Shown here: positions 26,314 through 38,985 of the stretch, piece after piece
Position numbering within the stretch: position 1 is the stretch's first letter
Layout of the letters: each line of letters opens with the position of its first letter
Assembly (NCBI GenBank): GCA_012295275.1
Contig: CM022665.1
Coordinates: forward strand, 4,650,001-4,714,000
Reading direction: 5' to 3'
From: Chrysomallon squamiferum
Lineage: Eukaryota; Animalia; Mollusca
DNA length: 64,000 nucleotides
The notes under the pieces: model-generated
What the model saw: only the letters and a program-made list of their open reading frames with translations
Databases searched by the model: none
What the model was told of the DNA's origin: nothing
Position numbers and translations under genes: made by a program

Positions 26314-27576
26314 ATGAGAGCTGCTATTCTTCTTGTACTGTTGGTAGTGTTCGCTGTTCTAAATCAGGGCGACGCTTGGCCAAGAATTCGTATCAGAATT
26401 CGCTGGAGACGAGTGAGAGACTTTGCTAAACGCGCTGCTGCAAGATGGGCTATTAAAAAAGCAGCAGCACTGGCAGTAGCTGCCGGAAAACGAGGTAGGA
26501 ATTAAAATTCGGTTTTGGATTCGCCTTGGTTAAAACTGAATAAAACACGTTTAACCTTTGTTGTCCAGACAGTTTTGTTAAAAGTGTAAGAGTGAGAAAG
26601 GTGTTCGATTTTTAAAAATGTTGCATTTACCTTACAAATCTTTGGGTAATACAAGAAATATCTGTACTTAGACACTTTCCGATTGAAGAATATTTTTAAA
26701 ATGAAAATGAAAAATAATGTTTATGATATAAATATATGTAATGATTTATATATTTGGAGGAGGGGTTGATATAAATGTGCGTAATGATTTATTCCTGTTT
26801 AATATTTTCCTTGTTTTTCACATATGGTGTTCACTACCTCGATTTAAATCAAAATAATGTATGTTCTTTATTGAGTTTAATTCGCGATCTAAAATAGATT
26901 TTGGTATGTGTGTTTGGATATCTATGTCCAAATTTTGGAACTTCATCAGTTTTTAGTTAATAACGTATTTATTTCAGACGTTTCGGAGCTTGACACCAAC
27001 ATGGACGGAATCCTCGACAAACAGGAACTAGAGAAAATAATGAGTGAACGAGACGCTGAAAATTTCTTGGAACTTGTTGACGAGGATGGTAAAGAATAAT
27101 TCAATCAAAATAATGATAGTAATAATAACAGTAAAACATCATTCAAATATTGTTGGACAAAAATAAAAATGCCACAATAGAAAAACTACCTTTAATATCA
27201 GAAAAAATGTCTCGTTAGAAGTAAAGTAAAATTAAAGGCTTAGTAAAGAATTTGCAGAGTACGAAGTGGGAAAAGAAGTTATCTTACCACTATTTAGAGA
27301 CAGGTCGTTCGAAATCTTTGTGGAATTTCTTGTTAGCAACTTTTATTGTTTACAGCACTGTAATTTGAGACACAAAAATTATTGCATGAAAAATATTACT
27401 ACTACTACTACTATTTTTTTTATGTAAAATTTAAATTTTAACTATTAATAAACATGTTATATGTTGCTGGTATTATTACTACTATTATTGTTTTATAATT
27501 TCTGTTACTAGGAGACGCCAAAATAACAACTAACGAGTTCCAGCGAATGGTCAGAGAACTGAATGAAATGGAGTAA
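26314..27576 (+). CDS. g6: secreted cationic peptide + two-EF-hand precursor, 118 aa, intact; mature WPRIRIRIRWRRVRDFAKRAAARWAIKKAAALAVAA-amide
   Basis: Exons 26314-26494, 26978-27088 and 27512-27576. Signal MRAAILLVLLVVFAVLNQGDA, then GKR, then DVSELDTNMDGILDKQELEKIMSERDAENFLELVDEDGDAKITTNEFQRMVRELNEME* with loops DTNMDGILDKQE and DEDGDAKITTNE. Confidence 0.9.
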
Positions 27577-29771
27577 AGAAAAAAAAAGGTTGGTTGCTTT
27601 TTTAATGTTTGTTTCTTCGTTTGTTTCTAAGTGTGCTTTCTGGCCGGGGTTATGTATTTGGAACATTTTAAAATGCTATTATTTTTTCGTTATTATTATT
27701 ATTATTATTTCAACATAAAAGAAACGTGTCACTGAAATACGAAAGTTAATTTATTTTGTATTTATTAGATATTAATTATTTTTTACTATTTTATCTTTTG
27801 TGTTTTCTTCTTCTTCTTTTTTTCTCCATATATCTCCATTCTATGATATCGCAAAATTTAACTGAACTAACGTGCTATTATTCAAAGCCAGTTTTAAAAA
27901 ATGTATATATTTCACTGAAAATGCACAATTTTCTTTATTTTTCTCTTTAAACAGCTTCAACTCGGAGAGCTATGAAGATGTACATCGTCATGTTAACACA
28001 ATGACAAAACAGAAATAAAACTGTTTTCTTAAATAAATATCTAAGAAATGAATTATAATTGTGTAGTGTTTTTTTTTTTTGTTCGTTTATGTTTTTCAGT
28101 CTCTATCACGTTTCAAGCTAGAGTTAAAAAATAGGTCACATTAAGCAGAAGTGAGACAAAACATCAAGTATTTATTTAAACAAATTTTTGAAACACCAGT
28201 GAACAGTTCACTATTTGGGTGGTCATTCATGATAAAACATTTTGATTTTTATCTTTCTTCCATTTTGTCAGAGCCTTGAAAAAAATCAACCCAAACAATT
28301 TGTGACCCATTCTCGGAAATCCTCATCAAGTCTTTAAATGTATTATTCATTTGTATTCTCATTGTACTATTACTTGCAGCTTATGTCTCGGACCTCTACT
28401 TGCGTGGTTTTAAAAATTGTAAACTGTACTGTCCATATAATTAAGTGCCGAGGTTTATGATCTTCATCTCAGTTAATTTGATTGTATACAAGTTTAAAAC
28501 AACTGTGTTTGTTGTCAGTCTCTAATGACAGCAGTTAGACAGTGCATTCTTGCAGCTATTCGTACAATTGGTCACATAATCTCCTTCCTTGTGACCAGCT
28601 AGTGATATACATCTCCTTCTGTAGTACTCGGTCGTAGAAACAAAATCTGTATCGACTTTGTATTAGTATTTGATAAGATTTGTACATGTTGTCATTAAAA
28701 ACTAATTCAGTTATCAATTTTTGAACTCTCATAACAAAATAAATGAAAGGTATGAAGCCATTTTGTAATTAACATAACTCAAAAACTATCATGAATTAGA
28801 TGATAACATTTTGATTATTGTCTTCACTTGACGAGAGAGAATGGCCTGTTTACATATTTACAGTGTATCTTTTACGAATTACATACTTTGTGACGAAATG
28901 ATGAGATACGTTAAGAAGGTGTATTGAAGGGATATTTGAATTCATACGTCATTTATTCTATTAAGGAGTTAAACCCATCCATGTATGTGTGTGTCTCTCA
29001 CCCTCTCATCATCATCTTCATCATCATCATCATCAATATTATCATTATTATTATCATGTAGAATTTTTTATTAATAAAAAGGATTATAAAGTATTAATGA
29101 AAATATCCGTTATGAGTTCTATGTCTTGTTTATTGCATGATACAGACCTCAGAAATCAAAAGTGAAAAAACAAAACAAAAAACAAACAAACAAAAAACAA
29201 ACAACAACAGAAAAAAAAAAAAAAAAAAAAAAGTTAATTAATGACTTATATGAACAAAAGAATACAATTAAAATATATCTGCAGCTGTCGTGTTTCCGTA
29301 GTGATGACGTCTTCGTGTACATGGCATATCTGTTTTCTCCAAAGTTTCTCCTAGCGTCTACAAAATACAGCTATCAAAAAATGCTTAAATGAATATCCAT
29401 AATCTATTTTTAATTTTAATTTTAATTTTATTTTTATTTTTTATTATTATTTTTTTTTTTATAAACAGTTTCAACTCGGAGATCTATGATATAAACGGAA
29501 AGATAAAACTGTAAATATTTCTGTTCTCCTAAATACCGTAGAAATGAGATATAATTGCTTCGGTTTTTTTGTTGTTTTTTTGTCTTTTTTGTTTGTTTTC
29601 TTTTTCTTAATTAATTAATTTATTTATTTATTGTTTTATGTTTTATTTTATTTTAAAAAGCGAAGTTGAAAGTGATATTTGCTTTCATAATCTCAACGGC
29701 TTACATGGCATCGGGTATTACAAATCAGACATTCTTAAACTTTCTTCCATATCACTTTTATGTATTTCTAT

Positions 29772-29803
<32 letters not shown>

Positions 29804-30299
29804 TAGTATTATTATACGGAGTTTGAACTCGCACGGTTTGGCAATTCCAGTTCTTTCAAAATATCGTATAAGGCTGCCGTAAAGTAAAATTATTTATTTT
29901 GGAGAAAACAAATCCAGATCGATATGACTGTCTGCTTTTGTAGTGGAATAATAAATTGTATGGAATAATAAATATATATATATAAAAATAAAAAATAAAA
30001 ATAAAATGCCGTCCGCTTCACCTTTCAGCAGGTTTCCGCTGATCTAAGGGACATAACTACTGAAAAACAATCGGAACTCGGGGGAAAAATGTCTGCACAT
30101 CGCAGATGGCAGTTCATTACATACGGGATAAAATCGCTACGTTCAGATGTTTTGTAACAGTTTTACTTTATTATCATACTTTGTTATGAATACCCCAAAA
30201 CAATAAAATATTAACTTGTAAGCATAAACATTTTTAATAGATCAGATATTCTTACCGCTATAGCATAGACTTTAAACAGAATAGATGCATTTGATAACA

Positions 30300-30341
<42 letters not shown>

Positions 30342-30652
30342 GGTAGAAATAGTAGAAGTAGTAGTAGTGGTAGTAATGATAATAATAACAACTGTTACTC
30401 CAATCTGAAAAATGTAATTCTCGTTAGCATGAAATTAATTGATGAAATTCCCGTGCTGAATAAAATTACTGTTTGTAACCAAAAAAAAGGGAAAGAAGTT
30501 ATCTCCCATCCTACTACCCAGAGAATGTCATGGTATTTTTCTGATGACAGCTAATGATCTTCATGGTAGTGATTTCAATTATTAATAATAATCTGTTGTT
30601 ATTACATTCATCAGTCAAGCTAGAGGCTTCACTGTGTTGCTGGAATGAAGAC

Positions 30653-30725
<73 letters not shown>

Positions 30726-30746
30726 AATAATAATAATAATAATAAC

Positions 30747-30780
<34 letters not shown>

Positions 30781-30952
30781 TAATAACAATAACAACAAAT
30801 AATAACAATAACAAAAATTACAACAACAACAATAATAATAATAATAATAATAAATAAAATAAAAAAATAAATAATAATAATAATAATAAATAACATAAAA
30901 AATAAATGATGAAAAGATAACAAAAAACTGAAGTACCAAACAAGCCTAACTT

Positions 30953-31017
30953 TTATTCAGTTTTATTCAGTTTTCTGACCATTCGTTCGAAAGCCTGAGC
31001 TTTGATCTCACTATTCC
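30953..31017 (-). pseudogene. Orphan exon 4 relic (unit B copy)
   Basis: (G)NSEIKAQAFERMVRKLNKTE*; paralogue of 2195-2259. Confidence 0.78.
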
Positions 31018-31612
31018 CTAGTAATAGAGTATTTTAACATAAAAGAATGAAAATGGAAAACAAAAATTTAATCAAACATATGATCTGTCTGAATCGGAAA
31101 AGAGAAAAATGTCAGTAAAAAAAAAAAATAATAATAATATATATAACATTTTGATCTTTACAGTCACAAAAATAAATCAATAAACAAATTTTTTTAAATT
31201 TGTTTTTTTTTTTTGAACTATTACAATAAAACACAAATTATTAAGCTTAAAGTGTCAGAATGTTCACATAAACCAAAATTACATTAAGTAATAGCACAGT
31301 TACTTTATATCCAACTGGTGTTTTTATTTTCATTTCGATCAGAGATAAAATGTGAGATCTTATTAATCCGATGATAGCTACATCCTGTTAATGCAATATT
31401 TTGCCGAAGTGAAGTAACCAGACAGTAAAAACATTTTTTTTTTTAATTTGAAAAATCCCGACCTTTCGATTCTGAACAACACATTATGACAACAGAGAAT
31501 GGAACATTTTCAACATTTTGTTTTAATCAATTAGAAACTGTCATTATTTTGGTGTGCTGTTCAGTTTTTATTTATTTTATTAGTTCCACTAGAGAAGAAC
31601 TAACTGTTGTTA

Positions 31613-31643
<31 letters not shown>

Positions 31644-32741
31644 TTAATAGTCACAAGTCTTTGCCAAGAAACGAATATAAACACAAACTGGCATTTCTCG
31701 TTTTTCGTACAGAAAAACATACAAAAACGAAAGTTAATCATTGAAAAGTATGCATACCGGGTATTATTTTTGTTGTAAGATTTCTTTTATGATATCACAT
31801 TCTAATAAAAAGGAAACGTCAGCTTTTTATTTCGTAATCATTCTTCTTCATGAAATACTATATTCTTTAAATCTATTTATTTAAATTTATTTATTTATAA
31901 TTAATATAGATCGTAACTGAATGCACCTAATTTAATAAACGTTATTTCCAGAATCTTATTGAATTGAAAAATATACGATTAATTTATTGAAATACAGAAT
32001 ACATTAATTTTTGCATTTTTTGTATCATGAAATTATAACATGACAGGATCCTGTCCTTTTAGCCGACTTCATCTTTTAAAGCACTTAAAAATTAAAAGAG
32101 AACATAAATGATTTTCGTATCCATATCAAAGCAAGCATTTTTTTCATATTAATTTTAATGAACACTCGAGATACTGAAATCAGTTCCGCTCTTTTGAAAG
32201 ATAGCACCTGGACTATTTGTTACTTCTACACTTTATTAAACTATTTTTGTTATCCTGGAATGAAGAGTTTTAATCTTCTATAATAAATCTGACTTATTAT
32301 GTTTTTGTAGCTTCAAAATGCATAAACACAGACATATACATACATATATAGATATATACATCGATACACACATCCATCCATACATACCCTAGATACACAA
32401 AGCAAAATTAAACAAACCCTTTTCAGTTTCATAATTTTATTTGTTTCTTAATAAATGTCTTTATGGTCCTTCACGTGGAACCTGATAAAAAAGAAAACGA
32501 AATTAAAAGAAAGGAATAATAATTTGAGAATCTTTAAAATTTTCTTTCATGCTATACACGTACTTGTTACACTACAACCAGTCTTGAATTAAAACGGAGG
32601 AGAAGAAGAAGAAAAGAGGAGGAGGAGGAGGAGGGGGGGGGAGGGGAGGAGGAAAAGATAAAATAAAAAACAAATTACTGGACAATAAAATTTACTGTCA
32701 TTTAAATGAGAGGTTTCATTAACTTTTAAGTAATAATGATG

Positions 32742-32800
<59 letters not shown>

Positions 32801-32956
32801 CACCTCCGAAAGGTAACGAAAAATTAAAAAAATAAGTAAATAAACAAATAAATAAATAAATAAATAAATAAACAAAAATAAAATAAATAAAACAACGTAC
32901 AAGACCCATATGATACGTCACTACCGTTAAACTGAAATACCGAAAAAGCCTTACTT

Positions 32957-33132
32957 TTATTCATTTTTATTCAGTTCCCTGACGAATCGTTCGAAATCCC
33001 GAGTTGTGATCTTGGCATTTCCTGTTAACAAAAATCATTCAACGTATAATAATAATAACAATAATAATAATAATAGTAACAATAATGGTAATAATAACAA
33101 TTATTATTATTATTGTTGTTGTTGTTGTGCCT

Positions 33133-33203
<71 letters not shown>

Positions 33204-34435
33204 ATCAAAAACAATAATAAAGTGGGGTTTTTTTCTTATTGATGTCTTTTTAAAGATGCCTTTTATTCAGTCCAGACATTAAATCTCTGGATGAAAACAT
33301 TCTTTACTTAAACCTAAATATATTGCTGTAACTTTCCTCCTTAGAATTACAGCATTTAAACAAGTTCATTCTGATCTGTTAACATTACTGTTATCTAGTT
33401 TTTAAAATGACTTACCATCCTCGCTAAGAAGTTCGAGAAAATTCTCAGCGTCTCGTCGACTCATTATTTGTTCAAGTTCTTCTTGGTCCACGATTCCGTC
33501 CATGTTGGTGTCGATCTCCGAAACGTCTTAAATAAATTTATTCATTTAAACTCACAGATAAAGACACTGAATTAAGCACATTACAAGTTAGTGTAAGCAA
33601 CATTACAGTAATTAAACTTTGTTCTAAATTGTGTTAAGAAACCATGTATACCCTCACATACGTACCTAAGTTAAAAATATATTTTGTTTTATTATTTCAA
33701 AAATGTAAACTATAATTTTCTTAAAAGGCAGAATAGGTATTTTTCATATTCATGTAAGAAATATTGTATGTAAAGATATAGGAAGTATTCTCCGTATTAA
33801 TTTCAAATATATAATTCTTCCTCCCGTTCTATTTAGGAAATATGTATTACCGATCTAGAGGTTTTAACCTGATACAGTGGTGGATTAACCCTATACGCAA
33901 AATAAGAACGTGCTTAGGCTATCAAAGGAAGGAAGAGCACCTCAGAAAATTGTCATAGCCGAATTTAACATTCAAATTATTAAATTAAATTTATAGCCAT
34001 TTTCAAAATTTAGTGAAAAGTTAACAAGTTCTGTTTATAAAGCGTTCTCTTCCTTCATACTGTAAGTTTTGTTTAATTTCGAATTTTAGTGCTTAGTGCC
34101 TCTAAGAGTCTTAATCCGGCCCTGACCTGATGTTACAATATAAAACATGTTTTCAATATACAACAGTCTTTCAAATTCTACATTTTCAAGAAAGCTCTCA
34201 GATAAATGCTTAATACTAAACATTTTTTTAACAAGAATGGAATCAAAACCTAATTCTCATTCATACCTCGTTTTCTTCCGAAAAGTGTTGCTACCGCTCC
34301 TACTGCTGCCGCTGCTGTCCCGACTCTACTAGCAGTCTCTCTGACTCGTCTCCAGCGAATTCTAATAAACCAAGCGTCGCTCTGATTTAGAACAGCGAAC
34401 ACAACCAACAGCACAGGAAGAAAACCAGTTCTCAT
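32957..34435 (-). CDS. g7: secreted cationic peptide + EF-hand precursor, 114 aa, intact; mature WFIRIRWRRVRETASRVGTAAAAVGAVATLF-amide
   Basis: Exons 34435-34267, 33526-33416 and 33021-32957. Signal MRTGFLPVLLVVFAVLNQSDA, then GRKR; C-terminus ...DTNMDGIVDQEE...LSEDGNAKITTRDFERFVRELNKNE*. Exon 1 donor at 34870/34869; TATAAA at 34933-34938. Confidence 0.87.
33875..34124. mobile_element. 250-bp non-autonomous DNA transposon (hAT-like MITE) in intron 2 of g7
   Basis: Termini CAGTGGTGGATTAA ... TTAATCCGGCCCTG form an imperfect 14-bp TIR. Flanking direct repeats ACCTGATA (33867-33874) and ACCTGATG (34125-34132). The empty site AACCTGATGTTAC is seen in g1 (~4747) and g9 (~48108). Confidence 0.85.
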
Positions 34436-34571
34436 CTGAAGAAAAAATAGACAAAACATCTGACAAAAAATCAAAACACAAGACATCGACGATGATAATG
34501 GTAGCAAATAAACTGCTAAATTTTATTTTATTTTATTTTATTTTACTATTTATTTATTTTTTTATTATAAT

Positions 34572-34606
<35 letters not shown>

Positions 34607-37131
34607 TTTTTTAAAATATTTAACTCGAAATGAAAATAAAATAATGAAAATGGGAGAAAAATTAACCAGTACATGGTGGATTTTAAGATGTGAGTAAAAA
34701 CAAACAGAGAAAAAATGTGGGGATATGTTCAAATTAGTTAATATATATATATAACAATAAAATACAAATATGATTTTAACAATAAAATACAAACTATTAA
34801 GCTTAAAGCGTCAGAATATTCACATAAATAAAAATTACATTAAGAACAAATAAAAGCTTTATATCTTACCTTTGAGCTGTAAACTGATTACTCGAAGAAG
34901 AAATGAATAAAATTGCTATCGAACTCAGTTACTTTATATCCAACTGGTGTTTTTATTTTCACTTAGATGAGAGATAAAATGTGAGATCTTATTAATGCGG
35001 TGATACCTACATCCTGTTATTGCAATATGTTGCCGAAGTGAAGTGACACGATAGTGAAAACAAATTTAAATATAAAAAATGTCCCACCTATTGATTCTGA
35101 ACGAGACGTTATGGCGACAGAGAACGGAATATTTTCAACATTTTGTTTTAATAAATTAGAAACTGTGATTATTTATGTCGGTTGTGAGTTTAGTTTTTAT
35201 TTAACTAGTTCGACAAGAGAACAAACTTTTGTTATTATATTTTATTTTATTTTACTTTATTTTATTTTTATTATTATTAAATAATATTCCTATCTATATG
35301 TAAACAAGAACTTTTTGATATTAATTTAAATGGAAATAATTACTTTTTTATATATTTTTTTATTTATTAGCTAGATGTGTTTTCTACATAGCATTTTAAC
35401 TTATTTTTATGAACGGCAAGATGACATTCTATTTGTGTGACTGTACCGGTAACATGATCCAACCTATAACACAGTGGCAGAAAATTAATTTGTAACAGAT
35501 TCAACAAACATCCGGTTAACTAATTGCTGATGGCACATTTTATATACATATCAATTAATTTTGCATTAACACAGCTTCTACCAATCATTACATTGATAAG
35601 TTATCACAATTTATCTCGGACTTAAGTGAACTTAAATATACATAAGATAACTGACTACATTATACATTTTATACCACTGAAAAATAACGAAATAAATATA
35701 TTTTTTTTTAAACTTTAGTGGGTTATATATATATATATATATATTGTTTTGTACAGTAATTGTAATAATAGTCGTTGTGGTAGCCATAGTGTTAGAGGTA
35801 GTGTTAGTAGTGGTACTAGCAGTAGCGGTAGTAATAGTAGTAGCAGTAGTAGTAAAATAAGGAAGATATATTTTATTGAACACCGTATTAAACCTTTTCT
35901 TCATTTCTATTTTTTTTCTCTTTTTCTTTTTACTTTAAATCTACGATATACTGCCTTACATACGTAGCACTAATGAACCACGTTGTCATCATACATTGGG
36001 CTACTCTTATCATTTCGAGTTAAATATTTGAAAAAAACAAATAATAATAATAAGAAGAAGAAGAAATGAATAAATAAATAAATAAAATGAAAATTGGCAA
36101 TATTTGCTACAATCATCATCGTTGATGATCTGTGTTTTTTTTTTTTTTTTTTAATTTATTTATTATTTTACTCATTTTAACAGTTCTAAGTTTTATTGTT
36201 TATTATTTCTCTTTTTTTTTCTCGGCGGGGGGTGGGGGTCTGCGTTCCCTGTGGGAATTTGGAATATTGTTGATTTACTACTAATATTTTTGTTTAAATT
36301 ATTTATCTGTCATATTGTTGCTTTTGCTGTTGGTGTTGTTGTTGTTGTTTATTACTGTCCATTATTATTATGATTTAAGCGTGAAAAAATAATTTATTTA
36401 TATGCCAACTAATATTATTTTCGAATAATAATTAATTTTTTATTATTTCTTTTCTTCTTCTTTTTGATGATATTAGGTGGGGTTTTTTTGTTGTTTTTTT
36501 GTTTTTTCGAGGGGAGTTATTTTATTTGTTTTTTGTAATGTAATAAGAAAAAACGTCTATTTAATTGAAAACCAAATTTTTGATAAATTACATAGATGAT
36601 CATCCATTTCTTATAAATCATTTTTCTTTTTCTAAAAAAAAAATGTACACAGAGATATAAATAAAATTATACAATCTTTAGATTTCATTGTGCTAAGAAA
36701 GTATTATAGACATAAACAAACGCAAGACACTTTTAAAACTGTCAGCGTTAATTCTGTAACAGTATAGTACTAGAATAATGGTAATTTAGTCACAACAATC
36801 AGATAAGGGTTAAACAAGCAAAACAGCATTTCATATATACAAGTAGTTATCCAGGTCCAGCTTGAACTCGAACAGTGATGATAGCTACATCCTGTTAATG
36901 CAATAAGCTGCCGAAGTGAAGTGATCCGATAGTAAAAACAAATTTTAAAAAAGCTCCCGACCTTTCGATTCTGCACGACAAGTTATGGTAATAGTGAATG
37001 GAATTTTTTGAATATTTTGTTTTAATAAATCAGAAACTGTGATTATTATGGTGTTATGTTAAATTTAGTTTTTATTTATTTAATTAGTTCGACTAGAAAG
37101 AATTTACTTTTGCTATTTTATTTAATTTAAT

Positions 37132-37177
<46 letters not shown>

Positions 37178-37629
37178 TTTTTTTTTTTTTTTTTTTTAAT
37201 AGGACAAGCCTTTGCTAAGAAACGAAGATAAAAAGAAACTGGCATGTCTCGTTTTTCGTACAGAGAAACATACAAACACGAAAGTTAATCTTTGAAAAAT
37301 ATGAATACTGGGTATTATTTTTGTTGTAAGATTTCTATTATGAAAGACATTGCATTAAAAATAAAACACAAGTTTCCGTGTATAATCGATAGCTTTCTAT
37401 TTGATAATCATTCTTTTTTATGAAATACTACATTCTTTAAATCTTCCTAATTTTGTTTAAATTTACTTATATATTTATTTATTTATAAAGGAAAATATGA
37501 CATTCTATTTCTGTGACTGTACTGGTAACACGATCCTATCTATAACACAGTGGCAGAAAATTAATTTGTAACAGATATACCAAACATCCGGTTAACTTAT
37601 CGCTGATCTGTACATACATACATAGATAC

Positions 37630-37684
<55 letters not shown>

Positions 37685-38199
37685 TTAACGTTGCAGCACA
37701 TTGCCTTAACACAACATCTACCCATCATCACACTGAAAACGTTTCACACTTTATCGACGAGTTAAGTGAACTCAAATATACCAAGTTATAATGGTACACG
37801 GTAATTGATTATATTATGCATTTTATACCACTGAAAAATAACAAGAAAACAATTTTCTTAAAACATGCTCTTTTTGTTGTTGTTTTTTTACCCCATGTAG
37901 TAATAGTACTAATAGTCGTTGTGGTAGCTGTAGTCATAGCAGTAGTGTTAGTAGATAGTTTTTAAAAGTAGAGTATCAGCACTAGTAGTGGTAATAGTAA
38001 AGAAAGGAACATATGTTTTATTAAACGCCGTACTAAACCTTTTTTTATTTTATTTTTTATTTATTGAAAGTGAAAGTGAAAAAAATTCACGTGCTAATCA
38101 GAGCAAGCTATTGTGAAGCACGTTTACGACAGGCACGATTTCTGGCGCTTTATTCATAATTCTTTTTTACCATAAATCTTCGATATATTGCAGTATTAA

Positions 38200-38985
38200 C
38201 CAAGTGTTTGTTCTGTACATTATGTCATGATATAAAATCAGCATTCGGGCTACTACCAATATTTCAGTGCATCAATCAGTTTTGCTCTGTTTGAAAAGTG
38301 TTCAACGTTTATTCAGTGGGAAGATGAGAGGCTGTGTTACATTGACTGACCGGTTGTGTTGCACTGTTGGACGATTTTCTTTTGGGGGCAGCAGGACAGG
38401 GTCAAATGAATATCATAAGCTAAAGGGAAATTTTCAGAAAACATGTTGCAAGTTGGGAATTCCCATTGGAGAAAAGAAAACTGTGGGACCCGGCACATTG
38501 TAATTTTGCTCCAATGGGAATATTAATAATGCTTTGGAATGCCACAAAGATACCCACTGCAAGTATGACAACAGATGCAGATAGGCTGTTAAAGAATTCA
38601 ATGACAGCCAAAACACAGGCGGATAAATCGAACTGAGCAATCGGGGTACCGGATTTTACCTTCGAGTTTAGATCTAGAGAAAAACACCACAACAACCAGC
38701 TGACACTTCTCAAAAGAAATGTCACAGAGGTTATGGCTATCTACTCTATCTGAACAGTTTCGCAAGTGAAAACGTCTGTCTAGTGCGAGGTTTGTATAAC
38801 TATTTGCAATGACGGTGTAAAACTGGTTCAACCCAACATTTTACTAATTATAATGTACCAGTTTAACATTGTTCTCAAACGCATATTGCAGTTTATAAAT
38901 GTAAAATGTCAATGTTATAAATCACATAGCTTTAGAATATGTGCAGCAACATAAGCTGCAGCTAGAGGGGTAACAGAGGATATAA
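38200..38985 (+). mobile_element. Ngaro/DIRS-like remnant (unit B copy of 8985-9765)
   Basis: Near-identical to 8985-9765, including YKSHSFRICAAT. Confidence 0.75.

Noticed and set aside
26908-27099. Stand-alone calmodulin-like gene (also 54642-54833)
   Set aside because: It is exon 3 of g6/g11, bounded by TTTCAG| and |GTAAAG and in phase with exons 2 and 4.
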